A stretch of 64,000 nucleotides of DNA from Chthoniobacteraceae bacterium (GCA_044226525.1 JBGAGV010000006.1:157232-221231), one strand, 5' to 3'. Counted from the stretch's first letter, positions 1 to 10,771 are shown. The notes: generated by a model from the letters alone, not told the origin. A program made the numbers and translations.

Positions 1-1110
1 GGCGATCTTCAGGCCGCGCGCGAAGGCGTCCATGCCGCCGATGTGCGCGTGAAAGAGGTCCTCGGGTTCGATGCTCTCGCGGCGGACCTTCGCGTCGAAA
101 TTAACGCCGCCGGTCGCGAATCCGCCATATTTCAGCACGCTGAGCATGCACTGTGTGGTGAGGTAGATGTCGGTCGGGAACTGATCGGTGTCCCAGCCGA
201 GGAGCAGGTCGCCGGTGTTCGCATCGATCGACCCTAGTGCGCCCGCGGCGCCGGCGACTTCCATTTCATGCTGCATCGAGTGACCCGCGAGCGTGGCGTG
301 GTTCGTCTCGAGGTTCAGTTTGAGGTAGGGCAGGAGGTTGTATTCGCGGAGGAAGTTGAGGCACGCGGCGGCGTCGCTGTCGTATTGATGTTTCGTCGGC
401 TCTTTCGGCTTCGGCTCGATGTAGAACTGGCCTTTGAATCCGATCGCCTTCGCGTGATCGACGGCGAGATGCAGGAACTTTGCGAGGTGTTCGAGTTCGC
501 GCTTCATGTCGGTATTCCAGAGCGTCGAGTAACCTTCGCGACCGCCCCAGAAGGTGTAGCCTTCACCGCCAAGCGCGTGCGTGACTTCGAGCGCTTTCTT
601 CACCTGCGCCGCGGCGAAAGCGAAGACTTCGGCGTTCGGCGAAGTGGCCGCGCCGTCCTTGTAACGCTCATGCACGAAGAGCTGTGCGGTGCCCCACAGC
701 AGCTTGATGCCCGTGGCCTCCTGCTGCTCTTTCAACAGCGCGACGATGGTGTCGAGATACTCGTTCGACTCGCGCAGCGTCTTGCCGTGCGGCGCCACGT
801 CGCGATCGTGAAACGCATAGTAGGGCATGCCGAGCTTCGAGGCGATTTCAAAGAACACCGGCACCCGCGCCTTGGCGAGGTCGAGCCCGCTGAGACCCGC
901 TTCCCACGGGCGAATGGCCGTCGGCCCGCCGAACATGTCCGCGCCCTGGCCACACATCGTGTGCCAATAGACGATCGAGAAACGCAGGTGATCGCGCATC
1001 GACTTGCCCTCGACGACTTCGTCCGGGTTATAGTGTTTGAACGAGAGTGGGTTCTTCGACTTCGGGCCTTCGTAGGCGATGCGGGGAATATTCGGCAGAT
1101 AGGAACTCAT
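1..1110 (-). CDS. xylA: Xylose isomerase (partial; C-terminus runs off the window start)
   Basis: Minus-strand translation from ATG(rc) at 1110..1108 gives [33 protein letters not shown]...FHDRD...WGGREGY...HATLAGH... This is a near-textbook XylA sequence. There is no stop within the window, so it is absent from the ORF track. The plus ORF 268..1131 is its antisense shadow. Confidence 0.9.
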   Translation of the reverse strand, partial: MSSYLPNIPRIAYEGPKSKNPLSFKHYNPDEVVEGKSMRDHLRFSIVYWHTMCGQGADMFGGPTAIRPWEAGLSGLDLAKARVPVFFEIASKLGMPYYAFHDRDVAPHGKTLRESNEYLDTIVALLKEQQEATGIKLLWGTAQLFVHERYKDGAATSPNAEVFAFAAAQVKKALEVTHALGGEGYTFWGGREGYSTLWNTDMKRELEHLAKFLHLAVDHAKAIGFKGQFYIEPKPKEPTKHQYDSDAAACLNFLREYNLLPYLKLNLETNHATLAGHSMQHEMEVAGAAGALGSIDANTGDLLLGWDTDQFPTDIYLTTQCMLSVLKYGGFATGGVNFDAKVRRESIEPEDLFHAHIGGMDAFARGLKIA

Positions 1111-1194
1111 GATGTGATGGTGAGGAGGTGAAACGGGGATGGCAGATGCCTGCCAGATTGACAGCACACGTGTAGCGCGACATGGAGCACAGGC

Positions 1195-2004
1195 GTGACG
1201 ACAAAGCCTATACCCATTGCGCCACGAACCCGCCACCGCGCTCCGGCGCGTGGCGGTCTGCGAAAGCTCGCGCAGGAGCGCGCGGCGTGGCTCAGCCGGG
1301 TGCACGCGGATGGGCATTTTCACCCGTTGTTCGATCATCTGCCCGGCGTCTGCTTTTACTGCAAGGATGCCGAGGGGCGCTTCATGCTGGTGAGCCGCAG
1401 CTTCCTCCAGCACTACCAATTGCGCCATGAACGCGAGATCCTCGGGTTGACCGATTTCGATGTCGCGCCGCATCATATGGCTTCCGGCTACGTGCTCGAC
1501 GACGCGCTGCTTCTTTCCGGCAAAAAGCGCCTCGTCGAGCGAATGGAGCTGTGGTTCGACGAGCAGGGCGTGCTCGACTGGTTCTTCGTAAGCAAGCTCG
1601 CGCTGAAGGACGCGAGCGGGCGAATCTGTGGCACGGCGGGAGTGGTCCGGCAGGCGGCCGAACACGAAATGCAGCTCCCGGTGATCCAGAGCGTGGCGCG
1701 CGCCGTGGAGATCATCCGGCGCGGCTTCGCCGGCTCGGTGGTGCTGAGCGAAGTGGCGCGCGCGTGCGGTCTATCGGTGCGGCATTTCCAGCGGCGTTTT
1801 CAGCACGCGTTCGGTTTCAGCCCGCAGGAGTTCCTGGTGAAAACCCGCGTGAGCGCCGCGATGAAGCTGCTCGAAGAGACGAATCTCTCCGCGTCGGAAA
1901 TCGCGGTGCGGTGCGGTTTTGGGGATGCGAGCCGGTTCGCGGAGCAGTTCCGCCAGCGCGTCGGCCGCAGCCCCACGGCCTATCGCCGGCACATTCGGAA
2001 TTGA
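1195..2004 (+). CDS. AraC-family transcriptional regulator with N-terminal PAS-like sensor (likely sugar/xylose regulon)
   Basis: GTG start. The C-terminus carries an HTH_AraC signature ([72 protein letters not shown]). The N-terminus looks PAS-like ([17 protein letters not shown]...). It sits next to xylA. Confidence 0.8.
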   Translation: MTTKPIPIAPRTRHRAPARGGLRKLAQERAAWLSRVHADGHFHPLFDHLPGVCFYCKDAEGRFMLVSRSFLQHYQLRHEREILGLTDFDVAPHHMASGYVLDDALLLSGKKRLVERMELWFDEQGVLDWFFVSKLALKDASGRICGTAGVVRQAAEHEMQLPVIQSVARAVEIIRRGFAGSVVLSEVARACGLSVRHFQRRFQHAFGFSPQEFLVKTRVSAAMKLLEETNLSASEIAVRCGFGDASRFAEQFRQRVGRSPTAYRRHIRN

Positions 2005-2044
2005 AGCACTGGCCTTGCGCCGGTGGGTTATGGTAGAAGCGCCG

Positions 2045-3223
2045 ATGCCCGACATCCATGAGTGGTTAAATCTGCTTGTCCGCATGGCGCACTTCATCGC
2101 TGGCATCATGTGGATCGGCACATCGTTTTACTTTGTATGGCTCGATTCCGCCTTTGAGCCGCCGAAGGAAAAAAGCGATTCCGTCGAAGGCGAACTCTAC
2201 ATGACGCACGGTGGGTTTTTCTACCGGGTGGAAAAGCGCCGGTTCGGCGCGGGGGCGGTGCCGCCGGGGCTGCACTGGTTCAAGTGGGAGGCGACCTTCA
2301 CGTGGCTCACGGGATTCGCACTGCTGTGGATCGTTTATTACGCTAGCAACGCTGCGTATCTCATCGACCCTGGGGTGCGAGCCCTCACCCAAGGCCAGGC
2401 CATCCTGCTCGGGCTCTCTTTTCTCGTCGGTGGCTGGTTGATTTACGATGTCCTGTTCCGTTCCCCGCTCGGTCGCTCGGCGTGGGGGAATGTGATCGGC
2501 CTCGCGCTGGCCGCCGTCGCGGTTTGGCTGCTCACGCATACTTTCAGCGGGCGCGGCGCGTTCATTCACCTCGGCGCGATGTTTGGCACCATCATGGTGC
2601 TGAATGTGTGGATGCACATTCTCCCGATGCAGCGCGCGATGATCGCTGCCGCGGAAGCCGGGCGCGAACCGGATTTCGAAATGGGCAAAAAGGCGAAGCG
2701 CCGCTCGATGCACAACTCCTACGTGACGCTGCCGGTGCTGTTCACGATGATCTCCAACCACTTCGCGGGCCTTTACGGTCATCCCCAAAACTGGCTCGTG
2801 CTTTGCCTCGTCGTCGTGGCCGGTGCGCTCGTGCGGCATACCATGATTCGGGCCAAGGCGTGGCCGCTCGCCCCGGCCTTCGGGTGTCTGGCGGTGATGA
2901 TGTGGATGACCGCGCCGCGCAAGGCGACGATTCCGAACGCCGCCGCCGGCGATGCGAAAGTCCCGTTTTCGCAGGCCTACGCCATCATGCAGACGCGCTG
3001 CTATGCCTGCCATTCGGCGAACCCGACCGATGACATTTTCAAGATCGCCCCGAACGGGATCATGTTCGACTCGCCGGAAAAAGCAAAAGCCTTTGCCCCT
3101 CGCATCTACGAGCGCGCCGTCGCGCAGAAGACGATGCCTTTCCTCAACAAGACGCAGATGACCGACGAGGAGCGCGCCGTTCTGGGCCGCTGGATTCAGC
3201 AAGGCGCGGACACATCGAACTGA
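2045..3223 (+). CDS. PuuD-like (urate hydroxylase family) multi-pass membrane protein with C-terminal cytochrome c domain
   Basis: Start at internal ATG (MPDIHEWLNLLVRMAHFIAGIMWIGTSFYFVWLD...). It has multiple TM helices and a single CxxCH (CYACH) near the C-terminus. The architecture is typical of the PuuD/DUF989 family. Confidence 0.6.
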   Translation: MPDIHEWLNLLVRMAHFIAGIMWIGTSFYFVWLDSAFEPPKEKSDSVEGELYMTHGGFFYRVEKRRFGAGAVPPGLHWFKWEATFTWLTGFALLWIVYYASNAAYLIDPGVRALTQGQAILLGLSFLVGGWLIYDVLFRSPLGRSAWGNVIGLALAAVAVWLLTHTFSGRGAFIHLGAMFGTIMVLNVWMHILPMQRAMIAAAEAGREPDFEMGKKAKRRSMHNSYVTLPVLFTMISNHFAGLYGHPQNWLVLCLVVVAGALVRHTMIRAKAWPLAPAFGCLAVMMWMTAPRKATIPNAAAGDAKVPFSQAYAIMQTRCYACHSANPTDDIFKIAPNGIMFDSPEKAKAFAPRIYERAVAQKTMPFLNKTQMTDEERAVLGRWIQQGADTSN

Positions 3224-3283
3224 CCTGCGACTCCCTGTTGCAGGCGGGCCAATCGCCCGCTACCTCATCGGCCCTTCATTTCC

Positions 3284-5134
3284 ATGGCTGCGAACTACAC
3301 CGAAGCTTCGATCAAGACCCTCAGCTCGCTCGAGCACATCCGCCTGCGTCCCGGCATGTATATCGGCCGGCTCGGCAATGGCGCGCATGCGGAGGACGGC
3401 ATCTACGTGCTGCTGAAAGAGACGATCGATAACTCGATCGACGAATTCATGATGGGCGCGGGGAAGAAGATCGAAGTGGAGATCACCGAGCGCAGCGTGC
3501 GCGTGCGCGATTACGGCCGCGGCATTCCGCTCGGCAAGCTGGTCGACTGCGTGTCGATCATCAACACGGGCGCGAAATACGACAGCGAGACCTTCCAAAA
3601 AGCCGTGGGCCTCAATGGCGTCGGGCAAAAGGCGGTGAATGCGCTCGCGCTGAACTATCGCGCGCAGGCGATCCGCGAGGGTGAGACGAAGGTGGTGGAG
3701 TTTGTGAAAGGGAAGCTGAAGAGCGAGTCGAAGGTCACGAAGACGACCGATCGCAACGGCACGCTGATCGAGTTCACGCCCGATGAGGAACTCTTCGGCG
3801 CGGACTTCCGGTTCCGCATGGAGTTCGTCGAGGACATGCTTTGGAACTACGCGTTCCTCAATCGCGGGCTCACGCTCACGCTCAACGGCAAGCCCTTCAA
3901 ATCCGCGAACGGGCTGAAGGACCTGCTCACCAAGGAACTGAGCGGTGAGCCGCTTTACCCGATCATCCATCTCGAGGGCGACGACATCGAGATGGCGGTC
4001 ACGCACGGCAATCACTACGGCGAGGAATACTGGACGTTCGTCAACGGCCAGCACACCACGATGGGCGGCACGCACCTCGCCGCGTTTCGGGACGCCTTCG
4101 TCGCCACGATCCGCAACCACTTCAAAAAGGAATACGACGCCGCGGACATCCGGCAGTCGATCGATGCGGCGATCGTGGTGCGCGTGCAGGAGCCGGTCTT
4201 CGAGTCGCAGACGAAGACGAAGCTCGGCTCGACGATGCTCGGGCCGAAGGGGCCGACGCTGAAGGAGTTCGTCGGCAAATTCGTGCAGCAGTCGCTCGAC
4301 ACCTATCTGCACAAAAACCGCGAAACCGCCGATATCATCCGGCGCAAGATTGAGGAGAGCGAACGCGAGCGGAAGGAACTCGCCGGCATCCGCAACATCG
4401 CCAAGGAGCGCGCGAAGAAGGCGTCGCTGCACAACCGCAAGCTGCGCGATTGCCGCCTGCATCTCGGCGACAAAAATCCGCGCGCCGAGGAGAGCACGCT
4501 CTTCATCGTCGAGGGCGACTCCGCCGCCGGTTCACTCACCAGCACGCGCGACGTGCAGACGCAGGCGGTGTTTGCGCTGAAGGGCAAACCGCTCAACACC
4601 TACGGCCTCACGAAGAAGGTCATCTACGAGAACGAAGAATTTCATCTGCTCCAGGCCGCGCTGAACATCGAGGAAGGTCTCGACGGCCTGCGCTACAACA
4701 AAATCGTCATCGCCACCGATGCCGACGTGGACGGCATGCACATCCGGCTGCTGCTCATCTCGTTTTTCCTCCAGTTCTTCCCCGACGTGATCCGCAACGG
4801 CCATCTCTTCATCCTGCAAACGCCGCTCTTCCGCGTGCGGAACAAGAAGACGACGAAGTATTGCTACAGTGAGCAGGAAAAACAGGCCGCGATGAAGGCT
4901 CTCGGTGCCAGCCACGAAATCACGCGCTTCAAAGGTCTCGGCGAAATCTCCGCCGGCGAGTTCAAGGATTTCATCGGCGAAAATATCCGCCTCGACCCCG
5001 TGAATCTCAGCCACCTCCACGACAGCAGCGAACTGCTCAGCTTCTTCATGGGCAAGAACACCATGGAGCGCCAGGAGTTCATCATCGAAAACCTGCGCGT
5101 GGAGAAAGACCTGGTGGAAGAAGCGGTGGCGTAA
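3284..5134 (+). CDS. parE: Type IIA DNA topoisomerase ATPase subunit (short ParE/GyrB-like, topo IV subunit B type)
   Basis: The N-terminus is GHKL-type ([25 protein letters not shown]). It has TOPRIM (EGDSAAGS) and PLKGK motifs. At 616 aa it is the short Bacteroidota/Verrucomicrobiota-type ParE. Confidence 0.85.
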   Translation: MAANYTEASIKTLSSLEHIRLRPGMYIGRLGNGAHAEDGIYVLLKETIDNSIDEFMMGAGKKIEVEITERSVRVRDYGRGIPLGKLVDCVSIINTGAKYDSETFQKAVGLNGVGQKAVNALALNYRAQAIREGETKVVEFVKGKLKSESKVTKTTDRNGTLIEFTPDEELFGADFRFRMEFVEDMLWNYAFLNRGLTLTLNGKPFKSANGLKDLLTKELSGEPLYPIIHLEGDDIEMAVTHGNHYGEEYWTFVNGQHTTMGGTHLAAFRDAFVATIRNHFKKEYDAADIRQSIDAAIVVRVQEPVFESQTKTKLGSTMLGPKGPTLKEFVGKFVQQSLDTYLHKNRETADIIRRKIEESERERKELAGIRNIAKERAKKASLHNRKLRDCRLHLGDKNPRAEESTLFIVEGDSAAGSLTSTRDVQTQAVFALKGKPLNTYGLTKKVIYENEEFHLLQAALNIEEGLDGLRYNKIVIATDADVDGMHIRLLLISFFLQFFPDVIRNGHLFILQTPLFRVRNKKTTKYCYSEQEKQAAMKALGASHEITRFKGLGEISAGEFKDFIGENIRLDPVNLSHLHDSSELLSFFMGKNTMERQEFIIENLRVEKDLVEEAVA

Positions 5135-5268
5135 GGCGCGACACCTGATCACCGCACGATCCGGCGCGGCGCACCGCCGCCGATTTGCCTCGTCTCGGCG
5201 TTGAAACACAGGGTGCGTGCTTGAGAACAGGCTCACATCGTGGACAAAGAATCCTCCACCCGGTGATC

Positions 5269-5976
5269 ATGACTCTCGATCAAACCATGAAACTGCTCGA
5301 ATCGAAGGGACGCGAACAGACGCGGAAGACCTTTCGCAGGCATGGCGCGCCGGAAAACATGTTCGGCGTAAAGGTGGGAGATTTGAAGCCCATCGCGAAG
5401 CAGGTGAAGGGTGACCAAGCGCTGGCGATGCAGCTTTACGCCACGGGTAATTCCGATGCGATGTATCTCGCGGGACTAATCGCCGATGGGGCGAAGATGA
5501 AGCGGAGCGAGTTGGATCGGTGGGCGAAAGCTGCGACGTGGCACATGATCTCCGGTTGCACGGTGCCGTGGGTGGCGGCGGAACATCCCGACGCGATTGA
5601 AATCGCGATGAGATGGATGGATTCTCCGAAAGCGGAGATCGCCGTGGCGGGTTGGGCGACGCTGGCGGCGGTGATCAGCGTGCGCAAAGACGAGGAACTG
5701 CCGATCGACCAACTGGACGCACTCCTTGCTCGTGTCGTGAAAAACATTCACTCCTCCCCCAACCGCGTGCGCTACGTGATGAATAGCTATTTGATTTGTT
5801 GCGGCACCTATGTCGCTCCGCTCGCAGACAAGGCCATGGCTGCCGCCCGGAAGATCGGATCGGTGAAAGTGGACATGGGCGAAACCGATTGTCAGGTGCC
5901 GGAAGCCGCGCCTTACATCGTCAAGTGCCGCCGCGGCCAGCCGGTGGCGCCAAAACGGAAGACGGCGCGCTGTTAG
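5269..5976 (+). CDS. DNA alkylation repair protein (AlkD/AlkC-like HEAT-repeat glycosylase family)
   Basis: MTLDQTMKLLESKGREQTRKTFRRHGAPENMFGVKVGDLKPIAKQV...LYATGNSDAMYLAGLI... is characteristic of the DNA_alkylation family. The start was chosen at an internal ATG of ORF 5185..5976. Confidence 0.7.
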   Translation: MTLDQTMKLLESKGREQTRKTFRRHGAPENMFGVKVGDLKPIAKQVKGDQALAMQLYATGNSDAMYLAGLIADGAKMKRSELDRWAKAATWHMISGCTVPWVAAEHPDAIEIAMRWMDSPKAEIAVAGWATLAAVISVRKDEELPIDQLDALLARVVKNIHSSPNRVRYVMNSYLICCGTYVAPLADKAMAAARKIGSVKVDMGETDCQVPEAAPYIVKCRRGQPVAPKRKTARC

Positions 5977-6057
5977 TTTCGAAGCCGCGAATTACGTGTT
6001 GTAATCCCGAACGGGATGACAGGATGGGATAGCCTGTATAATTGCCCATCACGCCAC

Positions 6058-7158
6058 ATGACTCCAAAACTTTTCACGCCGTTTACGCTCAAGGACATCA
6101 CCTTCCGCAACCGCATCGCCGTCTCGCCGATGTGCCAATACCAGGCGATCGATGGATTGCCGACGGACTGGCATCCGACGCATTACATTTCGCGGGCGCG
6201 CGGTGGAGCGGGATTGGTCGTCGTGGAGGCTACGGCGGTGAGTCCCGAGGGGCGTATCACCCCGGCGTGCACCGGGCTCTGGAGCGACGCCCACGCGGAT
6301 GCATTCCGACCGATCGCCGAGGGCATCAAGGCCGGGGGCGCGGTCGCGGGAATCCAGATCGGACACGCCGGGCGCAAAGCCTCGGCGAACGTGCCGTGGG
6401 AAGGGGATAATCACATCCCGGCGGGCGATCCGCGCGCTTGGGAGCCGATCGCGCCCAGCGCGGTGGCTTACGGTGGAGAGCTTTCCCGCGTGCCGCGCGA
6501 GATGACCCTGGCGGATATTGCGCGGGTGCGGGAAGATTTTGTGGCTGCGGCGAAGCGCGCCCGTGACACCGGCTTCGAGTTTCTCATGCTGCACTTTGCG
6601 CACGGTTACCTCGCGCAAAATTTCCTCTCCCGCTGGTCGAACCGGCGCACCGACGAATACGGCGGCAGCGCCGGGAACCGCGCGCGGTTCATGGTCGAAA
6701 CACTCGAAGCCGTGCGCGCCGTCTGGCCCGCGCATCTTCCGCTCGCCGCGCGGCTCGGGGTGATCGAGTTTGATGATCGCGACGAGGAGACGCTCGCGGA
6801 ATCCATCGCCCTCGTGAAACGCTTCAAGCAACTCGGGCTCGATTTCCTCGACGTCAGCATGAGCTTCTCGACGCCCACGGCCAAAATTCCGTGGGGGCCG
6901 GGGCAGTTGCGCCAGATTTCCAAGCGCGTGCTGAGCGAAGCGGGTCTGCCCGGCTCGACGACGTGGAACATCAACACCTCCACACTCGCCGAGGAGATGC
7001 TACAGGAAGGGTCCGCCGATCTCGTGATGATTGGCCGTCCCATCCTCGCCAACCCGCACTGGCCGTTCGCCGCCGCGCGCGAACTTGGTGTCGCGAATGC
7101 GCCCGCACTTTTACCCGACTCCTACGCTCACTGGCTCTCGCGTTATCACTTCGCCTGA
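6058..7158 (+). CDS. NADH:flavin oxidoreductase / NADPH dehydrogenase (Old Yellow Enzyme family)
   Basis: MTPKLFTPFTLKDITFRNRIAVSPMCQY...HYISRARGGAGLVVVEATAV...HFAHGYLAQNFLSRWSNRRTDEYGGS...GRPILANPHWP. These are canonical OYE/NamA motifs. Confidence 0.85.
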   Translation: MTPKLFTPFTLKDITFRNRIAVSPMCQYQAIDGLPTDWHPTHYISRARGGAGLVVVEATAVSPEGRITPACTGLWSDAHADAFRPIAEGIKAGGAVAGIQIGHAGRKASANVPWEGDNHIPAGDPRAWEPIAPSAVAYGGELSRVPREMTLADIARVREDFVAAAKRARDTGFEFLMLHFAHGYLAQNFLSRWSNRRTDEYGGSAGNRARFMVETLEAVRAVWPAHLPLAARLGVIEFDDRDEETLAESIALVKRFKQLGLDFLDVSMSFSTPTAKIPWGPGQLRQISKRVLSEAGLPGSTTWNINTSTLAEEMLQEGSADLVMIGRPILANPHWPFAAARELGVANAPALLPDSYAHWLSRYHFA

Positions 7159-7844
7159 GCGGCGGAGGAGCGCCGGAAGCGCACGAAATAATTCTCCTTA
7201 AGCAGGTCGGTCACTTCGCCGATTTTTTCGAACCCGGCGGCGATGATTTCACTCTCGAAGACTTCCTGCCCGGCGCGCACGTGTCCCATCACGAAGTCAC
7301 TGCTCACGCCCGGAATGCGCTTGAAATCGATGAGCACGATTTCGCCGCCCGGCTTCAGCGCATGGTGCAGCGAGGCGAGGCTGGCCTGCGGAAACTCGAA
7401 GTGGTGATATACATCGCAGATGAAGGCCACGTCGATGCTCGCTTCGGGTAGCGCGACGCTGCGCCCGGTGCCAAGCACGGTCTGGATGTTTTTTGCGCCA
7501 GCCTGAGTGGCCCGTTGCTGGATGAGTTCGAGAAACTTTGGCGCGATCTCTACCGCATACACTTTCCCGGCGCCGCCCACCGCTTTGGCAAAGGGGAGTG
7601 TAAAGAGGCCAGTGCCCGCGCCGATATCGGCCACGGTCTGTCCCGGTTTCAGCCCGACGGCGGCGACGATTTTCTGGTGCTGGTGAAAGATTTCGCGGCT
7701 CTCGGTTTCGAATTTCCCGACCCACTCTTCCGCCTTCATCTGCGGATCGAGGAACTTGTCGTTGATGCCGGGTTTGACGCTCTGCTCCTGGGCGAAAGCG
7801 GTCGCGAGCGAGAGAGCGAGGAAGAGAAGAGGGGTGAAACGCAT
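7146..7844 (-). CDS. Class I SAM-dependent methyltransferase with N-terminal signal peptide
   Basis: MRFTPLLFLALSLATAFAQE (signal peptide). Motif I is VADIGAGTGLFTLPFA and there is a downstream acidic motif (VAFICDVYHHF). Confidence 0.75.
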   Translation of the reverse strand: MRFTPLLFLALSLATAFAQEQSVKPGINDKFLDPQMKAEEWVGKFETESREIFHQHQKIVAAVGLKPGQTVADIGAGTGLFTLPFAKAVGGAGKVYAVEIAPKFLELIQQRATQAGAKNIQTVLGTGRSVALPEASIDVAFICDVYHHFEFPQASLASLHHALKPGGEIVLIDFKRIPGVSSDFVMGHVRAGQEVFESEIIAAGFEKIGEVTDLLKENYFVRFRRSSAAQAK

Positions 7845-7918
7845 AAGCACGCAACTTCGGCGTGGCCCGATATGAAGTCAGCCGTGAATTGCCCCGCTTT
7901 TTCGGTGGCGAAGCCGCG

Positions 7919-8908
7919 CTACGCCGTGAGGTGGAAGTAGGCGTGGATGTGCGGCTCGCCGCGGAAATACCACACCATGTCCGGGCCTTCGATCTGCCAG
8001 GTGTCCCACACGTGATCATCGCCGATGTCGTATTTGCCGCCGTAGCAGGAGACGAAAAGCTGATCGACCAGCTTGCGGTCCTCGATCGATTTCATTGTCG
8101 CGTTCACATCGTCCGCGCGGAAGCAGCCGAGCATCTTCCGCATCGTGTCCAGCAGCTTGGCCTGCTGATCCTTGCTCAAGTCCGCGACGGCGAGGCCAGG
8201 GAGATCGGTTTTCCGTTTCTCGATCACCGTCGCCGGCTTCTCCGCGCGCGGTTGCTGGCCCACGAGCATTTTCTCCTGCTGCTTCCCGTCGAGCGTGCCG
8301 GCGAATTCATTGAAGAGCAGGCCCTGATACCAGAACGGGTTCCCCTCGTGATCCTTCGACTCGTGGAAGCCCTTTGCGAAGTTCCCGTAGAAGATCGGCT
8401 CGCCGTGGAAGCCGAGCCCCTTGTCCGTGTGCGCATGGCACCGCCGCGTGACGTGGTGGCCGGTGTAGATGAATTCGAAATCCTTGTCTTCCGGCGTGCC
8501 GAAGAACCCGACGGACGGCGTGTTTTTGATCTCGCCCATCAGATCCTTCTGCACCTGCCACGTCATCTTTTCGCGATGCTCCGGCGCGTGGAGCGACTCG
8601 AAGATCTGCTGCACGAGATCCTGCTGCTCCTTGGTGTAAAAGGTATGCAGCCGCTGCTCCGGGCAGATATACCACCAGTTGCTCACAAATTGCCGCTTCG
8701 GGTCGTTCACCGGCAGCACGATCTTGCTGTGCTGCTCCTCGGTCAGCGATTTGTAAAACTGCATCGGCAGCGAGTCCTTCTCCGCGGCGAGCGCGCGCAG
8801 CGAGGGAAACGCCGAAAAAAGCGCCGTGGCGCCGAGCGTGCGGATGACATCGCGCCGCGTCGTCGGTTGATTGAGTTTCGTGAGTCCGGGGGGAACTAGC
8901 GAGTTCAT
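7919..8908 (-). CDS. DUF3500-family protein with twin-arginine (Tat) signal
   Basis: The start sits at an internal ATG, MNSLVPPGLTKLNQPTTRRDVIRTLGATALFSAF, which is Tat-like (RRDVI). The mature part is His-rich (HAPEHREKM...HHVTRRCHAHTD...). The ORF-track start at 9112 lies in a low-complexity leader that is unlikely to be translated. Confidence 0.55.
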   Translation of the reverse strand: MNSLVPPGLTKLNQPTTRRDVIRTLGATALFSAFPSLRALAAEKDSLPMQFYKSLTEEQHSKIVLPVNDPKRQFVSNWWYICPEQRLHTFYTKEQQDLVQQIFESLHAPEHREKMTWQVQKDLMGEIKNTPSVGFFGTPEDKDFEFIYTGHHVTRRCHAHTDKGLGFHGEPIFYGNFAKGFHESKDHEGNPFWYQGLLFNEFAGTLDGKQQEKMLVGQQPRAEKPATVIEKRKTDLPGLAVADLSKDQQAKLLDTMRKMLGCFRADDVNATMKSIEDRKLVDQLFVSCYGGKYDIGDDHVWDTWQIEGPDMVWYFRGEPHIHAYFHLTA

Positions 8909-8988
8909 ACGGGAACGAGTCGGCGATGCGCGGCCAAAATCCAGCCGAGTTTTCCCCCGGCCGATTGGGAGTCGCGACCGGCGCGGCG

Positions 8989-9300
8989 TTACAAATGGAA
9001 GACCTCGCACAGCGGTTCCGTGATCGGGCTGTGGTCTGGATTCACAGTCATCAGCTCGCGCATGTGCGTCCACCAGCGGCGGCAGGCTTCGGTCTGCGCG
9101 ATCGCGTTCCATCGCTCTTCGCTCTCGATTTCCGCATAGGCGAAAAGCTGCCGCGTTTCCGGATGAAGAAAGATCGAATACGACCGCACGCCGTGCTCGG
9201 CCAGCACCGCCTGCAATTCCGGCCAGATCGGATTGTGGCGCCGCTCGTATTCCGCTTCGGTGCCGGGGTGGAGATGCATGAGGAACGATTTTCGGATCAT
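8989..9300 (-). CDS. rhaM: L-rhamnose mutarotase
   Basis: MIRKSFLMHLHPGTEAEYERRHNPIWPELQAVLAEHGVRSYSIFLHPETRQLFAYAEIESEERWNAIAQTEACRRWWTHMRELMTVNPDHSPITEPLCEVFHL matches the RhaM family end to end, at about 104 aa. Confidence 0.85.
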   Translation of the reverse strand: MIRKSFLMHLHPGTEAEYERRHNPIWPELQAVLAEHGVRSYSIFLHPETRQLFAYAEIESEERWNAIAQTEACRRWWTHMRELMTVNPDHSPITEPLCEVFHL

Positions 9301-9386
9301 GATTCGCAGGGATGAATCATCGCGTCTGCGCGGACAAGCCCGTAGCGGCCGCCCACCGGGCATTCGCCCCGGAGATTGTCTTTTCG

Positions 9387-10172
9387 ATGCGACCTCACTA
9401 CGCGTCGAACATGATCTGTCGCTTTCTCCTCAGTGCGCTCGTTATTTCGCTCCTGTCGCTCGGCGTTCGCGCCGAAGACGACACCGCGCATCACCGCGCT
9501 GTTTATGCCGCGACGAATGCGGCCCTGCCGCGCTTGAAAAAAGTCACGGCCACGTTCAAGGACGATCCCATCGAGTTTGCCCTCACCGGCTGGCTGCAGG
9601 ATGGAGAGGTGAAGAAGATCGTCGCCACGAACAGCACCGACGAGGGTGAGGAGGAATACTATCTCGAGAAGGAAGCGCCGCTCTTTGTTTACAACACGTA
9701 TCGCACCGGGGCAGGTCGCGGTGCGAAGATCGAGGAGCGCGTTTATTTTCGCGACGGGCGAATCATCAAATGGCTGACCAGCGAGAAACCCGCCCCGGTC
9801 TTCCACGGCGAAGATGATCGGGCCACCACGGAACGAATCGTGACGAATACGCGCAACTTCGTCGGCGCTCTCAAGAAAGGAAAATCATCCGCCAAAGCCG
9901 CGCCCGCCGCGAACACCATCGAAGGAACTTTCCTTGGCATTGAGGAAGGCGACTACGCTCATTGGCAGATGCGCAAGAAGAGCGGCGAGGAAGTTTCGCT
10001 CTTCATCCTTCGCCCCGACGCCTCGGTGGAAAAGGTAATCGCCAATCCCAAATCCTACCGCGGCCGCACCTGCCGCGTGACCTTCAAGAAAACGACCGAA
10101 AATATCCCCGAGGCGGGAGGCAGGATGGAGGTCGAGCAGATCGTGCGTGTGGAGTGGGTGGAGAGGAAGTAG
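9387..10172 (+). CDS. Hypothetical secreted protein
   Basis: Start at an internal ATG. The N-terminus is hydrophobic (MICRFLLSALVISLLSLGVRA) and followed by a hydrophilic body. No recognisable domain. Confidence 0.5.
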   Translation: MRPHYASNMICRFLLSALVISLLSLGVRAEDDTAHHRAVYAATNAALPRLKKVTATFKDDPIEFALTGWLQDGEVKKIVATNSTDEGEEEYYLEKEAPLFVYNTYRTGAGRGAKIEERVYFRDGRIIKWLTSEKPAPVFHGEDDRATTERIVTNTRNFVGALKKGKSSAKAAPAANTIEGTFLGIEEGDYAHWQMRKKSGEEVSLFILRPDASVEKVIANPKSYRGRTCRVTFKKTTENIPEAGGRMEVEQIVRVEWVERK

Positions 10173-10451
10173 GCCGTCGCGTCAAAGCCACTGCGAGGGG
10201 CGAAGCCTCCCTTGTTTACTCTACCTGCTCTCCTTCTGCCACCTGACCAACGCGAAGGAATGTTTGATGAGTGCGCCTTCGCCGCAGACCGTGATGAAAG
10301 GGAAGCGCTTGAACCACCGACCGACGGGAACCTCGGGATTTGTGTCAGCCAGCGAGCCAATAGGACGAGTTGATCGCCTCCGATTTCCCGCTGTTTGATG
10401 CGTTCGCGAAGATGCTGAAGGAGCGCAAACGGCAGGCGTTCGCGCAGAACC

Positions 10452-10673
10452 TTAGGCATCGATCTTCATGCCATAGAAGTCGGTCATGAGCGCCTTCTCC
10501 AAGGTGGCGATCTCCTCCGGGTCGGTGGCTTGGGCGAGACGTTCGCCCAGTTCACCGAGTTGTTCGGGCGTCAGTTTGGGCGCGGTCTCGTATTCCCTCA
10601 CGAAGCGGAGCACGTCTAGCCGTTCCTCGGGCGGGAGCTGTTTGATGGCTTCGATCACCTGTATCGCGCTCAT
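10452..10673 (-). CDS. Small protein resembling a putative addiction-module component (antitoxin-like); no partner gene nearby
   Basis: MSAIQVIEAIKQLPPEERLDVLRFVREYETAP... follows the 'LPPEER...' pattern of small addiction-module component families. It is 73 aa and no toxin ORF is adjacent. Confidence 0.4.
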   Translation of the reverse strand: MSAIQVIEAIKQLPPEERLDVLRFVREYETAPKLTPEQLGELGERLAQATDPEEIATLEKALMTDFYGMKIDA

Positions 10674-10727
10674 AGGGCAGCGTAGAATTGCGGAGGGTGG
10701 TGTCAATTGTCGCCCCGTGAACCACCG

Positions 10728-10771
10728 GAAAAAACAAACATGCCTCCCACCTTGCGGCGGGAGGCATGTGC
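10728..10771 (-). terminator. Rho-independent terminator downstream of katG
   Basis: A GC-rich inverted repeat catgcctccc(acc ttgc ggc)gggaggcatg lies at about 10741-10770. On the minus strand it is immediately followed by a U-rich run (rc of aaaaaacaaa at 10731-10740). It sits 30-60 nt 3' of the katG stop at 10804. Confidence 0.5.

Noticed and set aside
268-1131. 287-aa plus-strand ORF overlapping the xylA region
   Set aside because: It is an antisense shadow of xylose isomerase. Its translation is Arg/Val/Glu-rich nonsense, whereas the minus frame gives a perfect XylA sequence.
7862-8899. 345-aa plus-strand ORF
   Set aside because: It is antisense to the DUF3500 gene. Long spurious ORFs in the opposite frame are typical of high-GC DNA.
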